Below are positions 1 through 14,146 of a stretch of DNA of 64,000 nt, piece by piece. This DNA is from Haliotis cracherodii (Eukaryota). Both the position numbers and the translations under genes were made by a program. The notes under the pieces are model-generated. The model made no database searches and had not been told where the DNA came from. It saw nothing but the letters and a program-made list of their open reading frames with translations. The stretch lies in contig NW_027266343.1 of NCBI RefSeq assembly GCF_022045235.1, positions 27,156,001 through 27,220,000 on the forward strand, given 5' to 3'. Each line of letters opens with the position of its first letter. Position 1 is the first letter of the stretch.

Positions 1-142
1 TACCATGATTTACCTCTGCCTGTGTTTGTATGCAATTCTGTGGGAACGATGATAAGCTGGGGACAAGTGATGTAATCTGAAGACCATTTGAACTGATGCA
101 CATCTTCTACCATGATTTACCTCTGCCTGTGTTTGTATGCAA
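1..142. repeat. Short direct repeat, 107-bp spacing, cut by the window edge
   Basis: TACCATGATTTACCTCTGCCTGTGTTTGTATGCAAT at 1 and 108. Confidence 0.8.
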
Positions 143-333
143 TATTCTTCTTGCATCTTACGCCTTTAGTTTCTGTTGGAAACTAAATGTAATGACTTTT
201 TTGTCACATATTCAAGATATAGTTAGGATCCTCTACTTAATGAAACAGTGTGTAATCTATTCCCTTAATTAAATTTCCATGAACAGCATTTAAGTCAGGT
301 ATGGTAATTTTATCCACATATACTAAAAATGTG

Positions 334-460
334 ACATTTTGTTTGAAACATGGTGTGATGGCATTGTTACAAGTAGGGAAAGAGAAGAACCTATTTTGTT
401 TGAAACATGGTGTGATGGCATTGTTACAAGTAGGGAAAGAGAAGAACCTATTTTGTTTGA
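334..460. repeat. 60-bp tandem duplication
   Basis: ATTTTGTTTGAAACATGGTGTGATGGCATTGTTACAAGTAGGGAAAGAGAAGAACCT occurs twice. Confidence 0.9.
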
Positions 461-700
461 TATGATACACGTGTTGTGACATAAAACCCACCTACCCCAG
501 GGATTCATGAGGATCACAAGAGCAGTGTATGACTTTACCTCCGACAACAGTCAACACTGTTGATAAGTTGCATTATTCAATGAAGCTTACATTCCTACAA
601 ACACACCATCAATGACAAAATCAGGGTTAATGTTGTTTTGGGCTCCACATGATTTCTTTAGCCCTTGATTATTTACTCACGTGTTATTCAATTTGGGGAT

Positions 701-936
701 GGATAGTTTTCTGTGGATATTCAAAATACTTTTACTCCCTTGGGTCCAGTCTATTGGATAGTTTTCTGTGGATATTCAAAATACTTTTACTCCAGTGGGT
801 CCAGCCTATTGGATAGTTTTCTGTGGCTTTTCAAAATACTTTTACTCCCGTGGGTCCAGTCTATTGGATAGTTTTCTGTGGCTATTCAAGATACTTTTAC
901 TTCCGTGGGTCCAGTGACCAGTCTATTGGATAGTTT
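701..936. repeat. 55-bp tandem repeat, about 4 copies
   Basis: GGATAGTTTT recurs at 701, 756, 811, 866 and 928. Confidence 0.92.
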
Positions 937-1523
937 TAAACCAATGAGTCAACCTTCTTAGAACATAATTCTAATTAAAATGCTTTTCCAGGTGACTTCT
1001 TGTTTGCTTCTGTCCATGTGATGGCCCAAGTGTGTCGCATATTGCATAAGTTCATCACAACAGTGATACATGTCTAAGTTACAATGAGTGACACGTAGCA
1101 CTTGTTTTTGCTTTGTTCTCTGCAGTATAGAGTTATACATTTGTGGTTTTAAACACAAAATCATGCATATTTTAAGCAACTCAAATTGATTTGTTTATGG
1201 TGTGTTATTGTGTGGTTTTTGGTGCAAATACATAAGTTATCTGGAGCTCTGAGACATTGTAGATACACCATTACAGTCGTGTTATTTAGTTTTGCCACAC
1301 AAATGCTGAAGGTTTTAATTAACTTTATTGTTCTGCTCTCTACACCTCTTTTCAATTGCTGGCTGTTGCATGTTTAGAGTCAGGAGCCACAGACAGGTGA
1401 CACTCATTAGACTGCAGGACTTTCACCACAGTCTTGTTGATCAGATTGGATAAAACTGTACACCAAAGATCCCAAAGTTTAGGTGACTATGAAAACAAGT
1501 ATGAGTAATGTCATTTTCAAGAG

Positions 1524-1688
1524 GGGCGGTCGGGTAGCCTAGTGGTTAGAGCGTTCGATCGTCACGCCTAACACCTGGGTTCGATTCCTGACATGGGTAC
1601 AATGTGTGAAGCCCATTTCTGGTGTCCCTCGCCGTGATATTGCTGGAATATTGCTAAAAGCGGCGTTCAACCATACTCACTCACTCAC
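1524..1688 (+). mobile_element. tRNA-derived SINE, family A, with target-site duplication
   Basis: A box (TAGCCTAGTGG), B box (GGTTCGATTCC), (ACTC)n tail, 13-bp TSD TCATTTTCAAGAG at 1511 and 1689. Confidence 0.92.
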
Positions 1689-3229
1689 TCATTTTCAAGA
1701 GAAGTGAATCATATCATTCACACAGACTTTAATATGTCCACTTATATGTGATAACATTGTGTATATATCCAGGGATTTGAAGGTGTGTGTCCTCTTGTGT
1801 TATGTCAGCAACACTTCCAAGAAATACATGTATACAACACAGTACTACATAAAACACTTCTTGGAATCTTTGTTCAAAAGCGTAACTTTCAGTGTATGCC
1901 TTTTGTTATTCCAGGATTTGGTACTCTTGAATTGTATGATGTAGTTGTATGATATTGTTAGTGTTAAGATTTATGACTGATATATGTCATTTACACGATT
2001 TCTGTACGATTTCATTGGCAGGATGAGATGAGGAGTTGTCACTACCCCTGCCTAGATGGCGGTGTCACATTGGCTTTCAAGCCTACCCCATCTGCAGCTG
2101 TGTAATCAACATGTCCACATCAGTACATTGTATGTCAATGACATGAATATCAGAACACTCCTTGGAATGTATAGTTTACAATTTACATACATTTAACTAT
2201 GTTGCTATATACACTTTACTGTGTAGAGTGTGTGTATCTACTACACAATGTAATACAATGTATATATATGATCAGAAATAATTAGGCAGTCAGGTGAAAG
2301 TGTTGTTAATTATATCCAGGTAACCAAGATTCTCCTTGTAAAACACAGTGTTTCTTTACTTCTAATCTCTTACACATCCCATACAGTTTTCCTCATGACT
2401 ACTTTCTTATAGAAACAATACACCCTTCATTCGATACCACTACTTATTTTTGGTAAAGAATTATGAAAGAATGTAAATTAGATTATGTATATGTAGACAT
2501 TTATATGATGAATAAATGTGAAGACAAGTTATCGTTATTTTTGTTATTTCACTGCTGTTGGAGAGCCAAGGAAGGGAGATAAACTCTTCAGACTTGATGT
2601 CCACCTCTTGTCCACAGTCTAGTACTGTTACTTGTATCCTATTATAATTCTAAGTAGATCTATGCTTGATTTTGATAGTTGATAAAGTAAAATTTGCCTA
2701 GTGCCTAGTGCCTAGTGCCAGGTTAACTAGGGTCTTCCTAACATGCACTGGACACTCCAAGGTGATGACTAAAGCTTGATAAACTGTGAATTCAAATTAT
2801 TTGTACAAATGGAAAAGATCGCTTGACGATTAAGGACTGTCAGCTGTGCCATCCAATCCTCAGATATTACAGCCTTTATTGGAACAAAGTGGGTCTTTGT
2901 TCCCCAGTATTGGTTTAGTTTAAACATATGTTATTCACTAATGGAAAAGGATTAGGAACAAGTTATCCAACATAGGACACCCTCTCCTTGGTATCTACAT
3001 ACACTATATACGTATGCACAAAAGATGATGTAGGATGACAAGTACAATGAGGGATGATGAGAATAGGAAGAACAAATATAGAAGAAAAGAGAGAAAATGG
3101 ACAAAGCGTTTATCTGACTGATGTAAGATTGTCTTAAATACATATATTATGACTTGTTCTGCACTTCCCCTTAATAAAAGTTTCACATTGGTTGGTACGC
3201 TTGTGTTTCTTGTAAGTATGCGTCTTAAG

Positions 3230-3869
3230 CCCCACCCTGACTATAAATAGCCCTCAAGCCACTAGCCAAACCTTAAATCCTACACCCCTCTAAAAAAATG
3301 ACAGATTAATTACAAAACTCCAAACAGGACACACTAACCTAAATAACCACCTAAAACAACTTAAAAGACACACCACAGGCAACTGCCCCCACTGCAAACA
3401 ACCCGAAACCACAGAACACGCACTCATTCACTGCACCCACTATCATGCAAACACACAGAACCACACTACAAACCACCCTCAATCTAAATAAGGTTCCTAC
3501 TCTAGATGAAATACTAAACCCTCAAAATAAACTAGAAAACTTCAAGGCCCTAGGCGTATTCCTAATCAAAACAGACCTAATTAAGCGCATCTAAAAATTA
3601 ATTAATCTACCAATCCAAAATCCAATAAACATACAAACACCCACCTCACCCGGCTCCCTTAGTTCCCTCCTCCACCCACCTCGGCATTTATTCCAAATTT
3701 AAAAATTTCAAAAAATCAATATAAGCAACCCCTTAAAGCCCCCTCTTGGGTTGCACACACCACTTTCGCCCTTCTCGGAATACACTAAATGGTCCGGCCA
3801 GGCCCGTGTGCGAAATACGCTGCAGTCGAAAAGCGCACGTTAAATCTTCTATATCAGTCAGTCAGTCAG
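3230..3869 (+). mobile_element. 3' end of a non-LTR retrotransposon (I/Nimb-like)
   Basis: Translates as KLQTGHTNLNNHLKQLKRHTTGNCPHCKQPETTEHALIHCTHY (C-terminal CCHC knuckle) and, after a frameshift, FLIKTDLIKRI*. The 3' UTR ends in (CAGT)n. Confidence 0.8.
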
Positions 3870-4484
3870 CGGTGTTTCAGTTTCGAACAATGACTGACAA
3901 TGAAAACACAACCGAGTGTCGGGAGAAGTTTTTTTTAAACCATGCGAGAACCAGATCACCATTGACCGTCAAACTTCGTATCAACTTGAATGACAAACCA
4001 TGGATAGAACAAATGGATCCATATCAAGATATAAGTCAATAAATTTTCTGTAGTTTTATCATAAAAAATCGAATCGATCGTGTTTGGCGTCTGCATCATT
4101 CACAGTGGGCGGAGCTTATTTACGGTTGCGCTATAAATAGCAAAGCACGTGGTCATGTATACATGTGACACACTCAATGCATTTGTGGTCAAAGTGTATT
4201 GTGTTGTATATTTTTACGGCAGAACATCAGTTTCAGTTAATGTAGCAGTAACGATACTTAAAGACGAAATTGACGACGCGATTCTTTCAGTTCAATCCGA
4301 AAATTACAGATATTTGTTTAGTTTTGGTCATTTGCATTCAACAGTTAGATTTGTGCCACACAATAATCAGTTTATATTCATAAAACGTAAATTATTACAG
4401 AGATTTTTCAACTAGTGTTTAGGAAGGGGCATAATTTGAAGCACCAGAAGTTGCGCCAATATTTCTCAGCTTGACTACAATAGA

Positions 4485-4683
4485 GTGAGTGAGTGAGTGA
4501 GTCTGGTTTAACGCCGCTTTTAACATTATTCCAGTCATATCACGGCGTGTCAGCTTAATGTGGGAGGAAAGCCCGAAGTGATGCAGGTCTTAGACGTTTA
4601 CCACTTCGGTGAAACCCACGAGCACGGGTATGGTGCTGACAAACCTAGAAACATAATCGGGGCGAACCGGGATTCGAACCCAC
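4485..4683 (-). mobile_element. SINE family B (V-domain-like core)
   Basis: Reverse complement has a B box, GTGGGTTTCACC...TTTCCTCCCACA and the same 3' tail as family A. Homologous copies at 13541 and 26340. Confidence 0.85.
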
Positions 4684-4973
4684 AATCATTACTACAATAG
4701 ATGAATATGTTACGTGTATCAACATAACAATGCACATAAGCAACTGGTAAATAACTAAGTGAATATACTTGATGTTTTGGCCTACAGAAGGCGTATCCGG
4801 ATAATATTGTACTTACTGTCATAGCGACTGATTTATGACTACCATTGTCTGCAGTACATTTGACTTCAAGGGCAAATTTACCCTGTAGCCATGTCTCCAT
4901 AACTTAATTGTCATTACGTTTTAGGCGCTAATCCCCGTTGTTAATCCTCACCAACATTTCATTGTATTTTGAC

Positions 4974-5458
4974 TGTCAGTCAGCCTGGACTACCATATCA
5001 CTTCCCTTTAACTACTGCTTTTTATAGTATGGCATTTATTGCCCTAATTGTTCATCCCATGAACTGTGTTTGTTAATCACGCCCATATGTCCAAAGCAAC
5101 GTCGTTGTCTCTTTGTCTGTCCATTGTTGTTCATTACTATATATGTGCTACCATTACACAGTTACTAGGGTGTTAGTCAGGCTTGGTATTCCGAGTGCTG
5201 GCATAGGGACGACCTCGAGCAGGATATGCTGCTCGTAGGAAACGCCCTGAGGTGAGCTGGAGCTCCGTTCACCTCTTGTACGCCTGAGCTGGAAAGTCTG
5301 CTCATTGCTGTGTTTGTGTTGTCAGAGCAGGTATTCCGCTCATTGTGCAATTGTTGTTTATTGTTTACATGTTGTGCATAAAGCGTTCCGGGACAGTGAT
5401 GTCGATTTTGTCCTTTATTCCCCCAAGAGCTAATTCCCCGTCAACATGCACCTTGACA
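4974..5458. mobile_element. Possible solo LTR
   Basis: TGTCA...TGACA termini, imperfect 4-bp flanks (TGAC/TTAC), internal TATA-like and ATAAA motifs. Weak support. Confidence 0.3.
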
Positions 5459-5564
5459 TTACGATAAACGAAAACTCCAATACACATATTCCAAGACAAC
5501 TTTAATTATGAATTTCCTTTCCTTTCACAGAATTTTCACACGCAAAACTGAGTTTGATCATTAG

Positions 5565-5960
5565 ATCCACACTTGTCCCATGTACTTTTTGTTCGGGGTA
5601 TTTGGATAATTCGCGCACAAGTTTTAAAATATAATCTGGGATCCCTTTCCTGTTTTGTCCACACCAATCCTTCATTTGCTGCAACATTTAATTCCGTTTC
5701 TTCAAGTCCAAGTATCTACGATCTCTCCAAACACTTCGTTTATTTAGCTCAGTCCAGAAACAATGTGTTCGAATCGACGAATTTCTGCAACATGGTGGCC
5801 GCACCATTCCCTAACTGCGATTGCTTTACCGTGTCACGCATGGTTGACAAAAGAAGTGTGAACATACATATTCGGCTTCACCTGGTTCTAAAATGAAATC
5901 TAGCTGTGACACTGATTCACTAATCCCAAGAATCGGCACTGAATTTATCAAAGTTTCTGT
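5565..5960 (-). pseudogene. Decayed Cys-rich ORF resembling the P2X7 C-terminal-like domain found in transposon-associated proteins
   Basis: Across frameshifts: CSHFFCQPCVT, QSQLGNG, RNSSIR, FWTELNKRSVWRDRRYL, IPDYILKLVR, YP, YMG. Family match is recalled from memory and not searched. Confidence 0.4.
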
Positions 5961-8586
5961 TGCACTTGTAAGGGAAGGGAGGCGCCATCTTGTCGATTCG
6001 AGTTGTGAATCGGAATGATGTCATCTTGAACTGGAACTTTCTCCACGATAAAGTCACCAATGTCACAATCGAAATGACCTAAAGCTCCCTGATTATCTCG
6101 AACAATTCTTCGTCAAATTAGGCTTCACATGAAAATGTTCTGTTGCTCATATTGAAGACAAGAGAAATTGCAAAGTTCTTGACAATTGTAAGCAGCAACT
6201 CGACGCGCTCATGGGGCGTGGTTGCTAGCAGATCGCGTGTTCAGAAAGGCGAAAATAAAAAGTTTTAGAAAGTAATAAAAGAAATACCCAGTGCAATGAA
6301 AAAGTACCATGTACAGGATATTTTTTTTAATAATAATATTCACGAAAAAAATATTTTCTTAAAATGCAATATAATTTATTAATTTATCCCAAGGTCGTAA
6401 CCCTGATCACGTGGTGGGTATTTGGAAGGAATCTTTGCGATGACGCCGTGAATGAGGCCGTGTGTATATTACATTGTTGAATTCAACTGCCCATGAAGAT
6501 TGTTGAGGCATTGACATTATGACAGATGTTCGTCATGGATGGAGAGAAAAATGTATCTGAGAGAAACATTGTTGCTTTGAGCTTCGAGACAAAACACTAC
6601 TGCCGAAGTAGCCAGCGACCTGAATGTAAGCTTGATGAAAGTAATGTTGAAACCCATTTTCACGCACATGACAGAATTAATGTGAACAAATATTTATCTG
6701 AACATCGTTTCGAAGTCTATGAGGTTGTCCGTATTTGAATATTTTTATCTCCATTCCGACGTGAAATAATATATTGTTTGAGTGTCACAATTTTGCTGCC
6801 GCTGTGGAAAATTGCGCACCGATCTAATAAAAGAAATACTACTAGATCTACAATTGCGCCGTCATAAAAGAACCAGGTCAACTTTATCTTTGTTCCCATG
6901 TTCATGAAAAATTCGTTTCCGAAAAAAAAGCGAATCGATCTACATCATAAATTAATTCATAGACTAGATTCTAGTACCAAGTGTTGAACCTTTTTTAAAA
7001 TGTCACAAAATAACTTACACAATTATTGAAAGACATTTTTGGATAAGTCATATATTTTATTTCGTCCGCCCGCTCTCTGATTAGTTGAGGCTTGAGGGGA
7101 GAAACACATACAAAAAATATGGATGGCCTTATGCAAATGACACTTGGCATGCCAATCAACAGGGATCTGGGTCACTGGGACCCGCCAAGTTTCACGGATC
7201 GAGTTACTTCGGCATGAGGAGCTTCATCGGACAAGTGAGACTTTGCCAAAATAATTTGCTACTGGGCAATGAAAAAACGACAAGAAACTACTTTGATCAC
7301 TTGAAAATATGTTTGACCATTACCAGGTTTTTTACACAATCGTTGTCATCCAGATTCCAGATGAGGCAAGACGAACACAACGAAGAAAAACATTGTTGAA
7401 ATCATGCACCGATTGCCGTATATATTGTGAGAAATACTATTTATAAACTGCAGATATACCGTACACCACAGTATAACGATTGGTGCCCCAACACATATTA
7501 TGTTTCTTGTTCATTTACACTGCTCATATGCATCACGACAAACAAACGTATTTCGTTCTCGTCCAGAGATTTAGAACTATAATTTGTGTGTTGGACTGTG
7601 TTGGATAAATCGTGGACATTCCACGGTATCATTTTAAGAAGATGTGAAGACGACATGGCAGGTAGGTTTTGAAACCAAAGATGTACGCGTTTGTTGAAAA
7701 GTCTTGGAATCGTTTGGTAGATATTTTTATCATATAATGGGTAGGTTTCTCGGCAGGATAAAGCCAACGGATAAAAACGATATCTGTTGGGGTCATATGC
7801 GGATAGAGATGCAAATATCAAAGGTCAAGTAGGACTACTTTCGCTGTTTATAAACAAACATGGCGTCGCCCTCGTCATTCAGCGATCGAGTCAGAATTAA
7901 CCATCGGGAATCTGGATAAACTACAGGGATAATTCCTATCATTATCAAATGAACACTCTAATATACTGAAAATCAGTGTCTAACTGTGACGTAGCTAAGG
8001 CATTTTATAAGTTTTGGCAACTTTGGAGATATAAATTTCGAAACAATTTTGCGAGGGCACGAGGCCTAGCCAAGCGGGATCAGTAGCCATATCTGGGCTT
8101 GTAGACCTCTGCGACTTAAAACTTTCTCCACAAATTAAAGTAGTTGGATTTTGCCGAAATATGTTTGAATTGTTACCTTGTTTCGTTTAGTCGCTGTGTG
8201 TACATCTGACTACACTTCTTAACGTTATAACAGGACAGACCGACTGTCAACAACGTCTGACCGTGGCCGTGACGTTTCATAGACTAAGGTTAGAGTAGCT
8301 TCCCTTTGACAAAGGGCAGTTACTCTAGCGGACAGACCGATGGATTGCCGCGAAAGGCAATTAAAAACAACTGTTGTTTTGCTTATATGTTGTTCACCAC
8401 TGTATAAGAAACAGATTTCAGTTGGAACTATATTGGCTACTGTCACTGTCCGACTGACACATCACTTACACTGTGACGTAAAAAATATTAATGCGCCCAT
8501 TCCAGGAAAACTATATTTCGGTATTGTTTGTGAGAGAGGGAAAGCGATTTTAAAGCACAGAATTAAAGAATGACATTATATGATAA

Positions 8587-8738
8587 AGAGGTTATCACGC
8601 TTGTGTGTTTGGGGATGGTAAATATCCTGTATTAGGAATAAACACTATGTATTTTGCTCGCTAAGGCTCGCTAAATACAATGTTTATTCCTAATGCAGGA
8701 TATTTACCATCCCCAAACACACTCGCGTGATAACCTCT
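8587..8738. repeat. ~150-bp palindromic (foldback) element
   Basis: Arms AGAGGTTATCACGC..GTGTGTTTGGGGATGGTAAATATCCTG.ATTAGGAATAAACA are reverse complements with few mismatches. Confidence 0.9.
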
Positions 8739-10329
8739 ATTTATTACCATTAAAACTTACGTCCTTTACATGACGTCACCCGTTTACGCATTAACCAATG
8801 AAATGTATATGTTATCATGACGTCAAATTGACCTGTCAAATCACTTGTATAAGCTCTGGCCACTAGAGTGCGGTAGTTTCTACCGCAGATGGGGCTTTAA
8901 TGTTAATATAAGTTTTCCTCTTTGACTAGTATATAATGGACATTTTAACAAATAATGGAAAGAGTTTTCTAAGAAGTTGCCGCAGGTGCAGTTTGGGTCA
9001 GTTTTATGCCTGTTTTATATAAATCAAAATTAAGTGAACTTGTGGTATAATGTAACTTAGTGTGAAAAAGTCTTTACCAAATATAGGATGGCGCAAAAGA
9101 ATGTTGTTTTGAGATACAAGATTTGAAGGTTTTAACACTAGCACAATCACAAACATATACTGATAACGGTAAAGCGTTATACTTTTAATTAGCTGATTTA
9201 CAGATAAGCCTTCCCAACACATTACAAAACTATATATAATAATGCAATTTTGAGGCCAGTAGGTTTATCCCATTGACTTTTCAAAGTAAATTCAGTAATG
9301 AAATACCTTCAAAATAAGTCCATGTCAGAAGGGAAGTAACTTATTAATGGAAGACAAGGCCCAAGACAGTTATTCCTAACCAAGTTTATTTATGTCTTCA
9401 TTAAACATGCCATTGTTTGTTTAACTTTGATGCTATGATGTTCAATGTGGAAGTCAATGGTTACAGGAATTAACATTCAGATTATGCCTCAATCTTACAT
9501 ATGGTACCCAGGCCTAGACAGGAATAGTCACCCTGGAACAAAGTCCAGTTTGGTTTACCCCCTGCGTTAAACAACCAACCAACCAACCAACATATGGGCC
9601 TGGCCTTTGTCCATTGTAGATGTGTGCTGCTTGTGAATGTGGAAAACATCTCTTGTGCCACAAAAATGATGTTTTCAAATTTAACTTGAAGAGATGGCAG
9701 TTCTGTGTCCTTGTTACGAAGTCCATGGTTATTTAAGATCAATCATATTATCCCTAGATTTGCAACTATCTTGCATAGCAATTTAAAATGAAGCTTTGCC
9801 TTCCTGCATATGATTTCTCAAACATTTAGTTGTATTATTTTGGCACAATAGATAGGTTAATGGCCCTTTCACAAAATAATTTTACTGATGGAAATGTTGT
9901 AAAATAATTAAATTGAGTCAAAATGGAATTAAGTATTTGAAGTTTGGAAAATAACTCTTGAATTTGAATATTAAAAAAAAAATCATTCTAAAATAATTCT
10001 AAAAATTCTGTGACACACCAGTATGGCAGGAATTTAAAAAGAAATCCGAAAGAAAAAATGTAATTTTACACAATTTGGGTATAATTTTGCACCCTTAAGG
10101 TCCCAGCTATGTCCATTGCCTGTCTAACTTGTTATGATTCAAACTTTACATTGAGATAACATATAAAACTGTCAAAAACAGGTGCAATATACATGCTCTA
10201 TCATTTATGTTGCAAGGTGTTCATAAACCATTTTACATTTTTTTAATTTTTGAAAATAGTCCATGAGATCTAAATCTAGATGTTAAATCTATACTGTGCG
10301 ATTTCCAGAGGAAAATTGGAGAAAATCCA

Positions 10330-13100
10330 TAATGACTGAACTTTCACAGCTGTCCTCAGTGATGTGAAAGCTGAACAGGGTCAACTGTGGGAAGAAAATG
10401 ACAGATAAAAAAAGATAAAAGATTAGATAAAACAAACTTCTTGAGAAACTGTGGACTGGAATGAAGCTCAAATGCTCAAATGCTCTGATTTCTTCGGAAT
10501 TAGAGGAAGAAAGTGACGAAAATTTAGCCACCCATCTTGTGAAAATGAGGTAAATTCAACTAAACTGAAGATAGATAAAGCAGACACGTTTAGTTTTGAA
10601 GAGGTTATAGACTAAACACAAAGCGGAGTCCTAGACCTCTGATAGTGCAGTTCTCATTCTATAACTAAAGGGGTCAAGTGAAGACATTGTGACATATTGG
10701 GAAGTAATAGAAGCTTCAGGGTAGGGGACGACTATACTGAAGATGTTAGAAACATGAGAGGATAACTTCGTCACTACTAACGAGACAAAGGTGAAGATTG
10801 CTACTTATCATATGAAAAACTGACTGATTGTATGCTTATAACTGGTCAAATCGAAAACTGGTCAAATTGGTCAGCGCCAGTATAGTGATACAAGCAGGCG
10901 TCATGACACCCTCACCAGAGCAGACGACACACAAGAAGCGACAGGGCAAGAGATTGTAGGGAGGTAGCCGAGGCCGGAACGAAGCTGACGGCTGAACTGT
11001 GTCCACACAACGATTCGGATGACAAAGCAGTATTTATCAAATATATATGTTCATTTTTACACGTGGACCAAGGGGATGGGAACATTGTGTTTTCTTCAGG
11101 ACGAGTGATCTGATAAATGTTGTGTTAGTGTTTGTTTATATCCGACCAGAATGCTACACTTACTCTGCAAATCCCGAAGAGCTTGTTATTTGATCACTGC
11201 TTTGTCTCTTTTCCAAAGACTCCCTGCTTATTTTACTGACTTGGCACAGCGAAATCATTTGCTCATTTGACTCAAGTTTTTAATGGATATACCTCTGTGA
11301 CATCATGCAATGTCCACATCATACAATTTCACTATTACGCAATCCCTTCTATGTGAGGCTCAGAGGTGAGGTGAGGCGAAATGTGGTTTAATACCGAGCG
11401 CCTGGCAGGGTAACAAGAACCATCTTTTAACATCTTTTGGTGTGGTGCGGTCGGGAAGCGAACCCCGACCTTCCGCTCTCCCGATGGACTCTGTACCACT
11501 GAAGAGCTAGAACAGTATGTATTACACTGTTAAATGAATACCCAGGTTGTATACTTCAGCGGCCACTTTAACTCACCGAACGGAGAGGAGCAGGATTTCG
11601 TTATCAATGACTGCAGTAAACGCTTACCTCTTGATGATGACTATTATGCCATCGATACTTTTAGTCAATTTCGAATATCAAAAGGACTGAAAATAATAAT
11701 AAAAAGATATTATTAGTTAATTGTTTTGCGTCTAAATTTCAATATGCATATTGTAAATGGGGGTACAGGGTAAATTCACTATCATAGCTAGTCAGGGAAG
11801 AAGTGTCATAGACTCTGCAATTGTGTCATCAAGCGTATTCAGTATGTCAGATGCGATGTTTGACCTACATAACGAAATCGACAACACCTACCCCAGATTG
11901 AGGCTCCATGTGCACGATATCGACCAGTTCATTGAACCCAAGCAAGCGTGAAATGTTCCCTCTGTCGTTACAGGAAAGTGGGACAGAAAACATTCACCGA
12001 ATTACTGCAAGGAGACATAAATGATGTGCTGGGATTGTTACATGATATGCTTTACAAATCCTTGAATGGTATAACTAGAACTAGATGGAACTTAACCTCG
12101 AAAACAACCTCCATGTTTCGATCGAAAGTCTGAGAGAGCAAAGAGAGAAACATGATATACTGAATAAATTCCGAAAATCAGTGTCATCACGGGGATTATG
12201 TCTGTACAAAGAGAGAATTGAAGGAACTTTGCAGTTCTAAGAAGATGGATTATGAAAATAAGGTTATTGGTGAGGTATCTAATGCAGCTAAAGATAACAA
12301 CTGTCAAAAGTTCTGTGGAAATGACCGCCACACCGACACGACCATAACGCCGACTTTGATGAGCACGCAAGGAAGTATTTACATGATCATAATTTTTCTA
12401 CGTCTGAGAACGTGATAATATTTTTGAAAATAATTTTGTTATTTTCAATTTTAAGTTTTGTACATTTACCGTTTACCACAATCGTTTTATGTAAATAGGT
12501 TAAGACATGGGTTTTAAACATAGACAGGAAGAGAGTGATGGTTTTCAAAAAATGGTGACAAACTGTCAAAATATGAAGTATGGTTGTCGATGGTAAACAG
12601 GCCGCTGTGTCGTATGATAATTATTTAGCTACACACTTTTTCTTACACTTTGGCAAAGTATTCAGAAAAGGCCCTTTCTGGGGTAAAGCAATTTGTTATA
12701 CGTTTTCCAGACATGCCTATGGAGACTGCCTTAAACAATCTTTGATTGCAAAATTCAGAGAAACATATTGTAACATTAAAGACCTTTTCCAACCGGAATT
12801 ATACTTCAACTGCATCAAAACTCCATCATTACGTAGAAGTTTGGCAACGTATAGAGCAGGTTACAATGATCGTGAAATAAACAGTACAGACGTTCTGAAG
12901 AATTAAATTCACTTGATAATTTCTGTGAATAGTGTGGTGAATGTCTTGAAGATGAATATCATATGTTGTTTATCGTTATACAATATGTGCATTTAAGGTT
13001 AAAACATACCAGTATATCACGCTATCATTGTATTTTTACAAATCAACGAAAATTTGTAATTTAAGTGCCACAAACAACAAAATATATAGTTGAATTTATC
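10330..13100 (+). mobile_element. Heavily decayed LINE (CR1/L2-group-like): ORF1, endonuclease and C-terminal remnants
   Basis: ORF1-like PRPLIVQF...RVGDDYTEDVR...LSYEKL; APE-endonuclease-like SGHFNS and GKFTIIASQGRSVIDSAIVS; C-terminal LRRSLATYR...CGECLEDEYHMLF. Many stops. Confidence 0.65.
11363..11502 (-). mobile_element. Degraded tRNA-SINE (Meta-domain-like) nested in a LINE relic
   Basis: Reverse complement reads TCAGTGGTA...GGGGTTCGCTTCCCGACCGCACCACACCAAAAGATGTTAAAAGATGG...(CTCAC)n. Confidence 0.55.
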
Positions 13101-13540
13101 TCTGAATATCGATGAAGTTTTCAAGCTCAGAATAAATGGTGCTCACTGACATTGTGAACGTTTGTTGCACATACAGTGTACTGAAGGCCTTATGGCGCCA
13201 TACACGAATACAGTCTGTCTGAATGTGTCTATATTTCTGATCCGACTTTAAATATGAAAATCGTATTATACTCACCCAAAACAATCACTTCTGCTTGTTT
13301 CATAATGAAATTTGATATACAGCAATTATTTTTATTATGTTATGGCTTAAGTGATATTTGTCGTAACATAACCTTAAACCTTATTGTACCGCTATTACTG
13401 CCAATTTTAGGCGTGTGTCATTGTTATGCATATGTCATTGTGTAAGGCACCGACTAGTTCAATATTCTTGGGGAGAGTCTGTGTTTTTTGTTTGAGATAT
13501 TGTTTCACTGCATCAAAACTTGCCTTTTTCTCTGAAAGGA

Positions 13541-13818
13541 GGGGGCTCGAGTAACCTAGTCTAAGGCGCTGCAATCCACTATGCAGAGTTGCGTCCCTTT
13601 GGCACGCCAGAAACCTATGAATCCCAGTCCGCCCCGATTATGTTTCTAGGTTTGTCAGCACCATACCCGTGATCGTTTCAGCGACGCGGTAAACATCTGA
13701 GACCTGCATCACTTCAAGCTTTCCTTCCACATTAAGCTGACACGCCGTGATATAACTGGAATACTGTTAAAAGCGGAGTAATTCCAACTCACTCACTCAC
13801 TCACTCACTCACTCACTC
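13541..13818 (+). mobile_element. SINE family B
   Basis: Matches the reverse complement of 4485-4683; (ACTC)n tail. Confidence 0.85.
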
Positions 13819-13995
13819 TAAATGGAGTAGCTGAACTATGTCTCAGAACACTCTTTCTCTTCAGGACATAATTGTTTGGTTTAAGGCAAACTTATCATTT
13901 TCAAGTATTTTCGTTTTTTAGTTTACTTATCCTTCTTTCTCATGTATGCCCTTTCTGATCTAGTATAATGTTCCCGGATAATTCATGTGAGTTAC

Positions 13996-14146
13996 GGGGT
14001 GCTCGGATAGCCTAGTGGTTAAAGCGTTCGGTCGTCACGCCAAAGACCCGGTTTCGAATCCCGACATTGGTACAATGTGTGAAGCCCATTTCTGGTGACC
14101 CCCGCCGTGATGTTGCTGGAATATTGCTAAAAGCGGCGTAAAACCA
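13996..14146 (+). mobile_element. tRNA-derived SINE, family A
   Basis: Aligns along its length with 1524-1688. Confidence 0.9.

Noticed and set aside
1524-1595. Possible tRNA gene
   Set aside because: It is the tRNA-derived head of a SINE, with body, tail, TSD and several dispersed copies.
6480-8570. Short ORFs that might be exons or transposase pieces
   Set aside because: No motif I can name with confidence and no consistent splice pattern.
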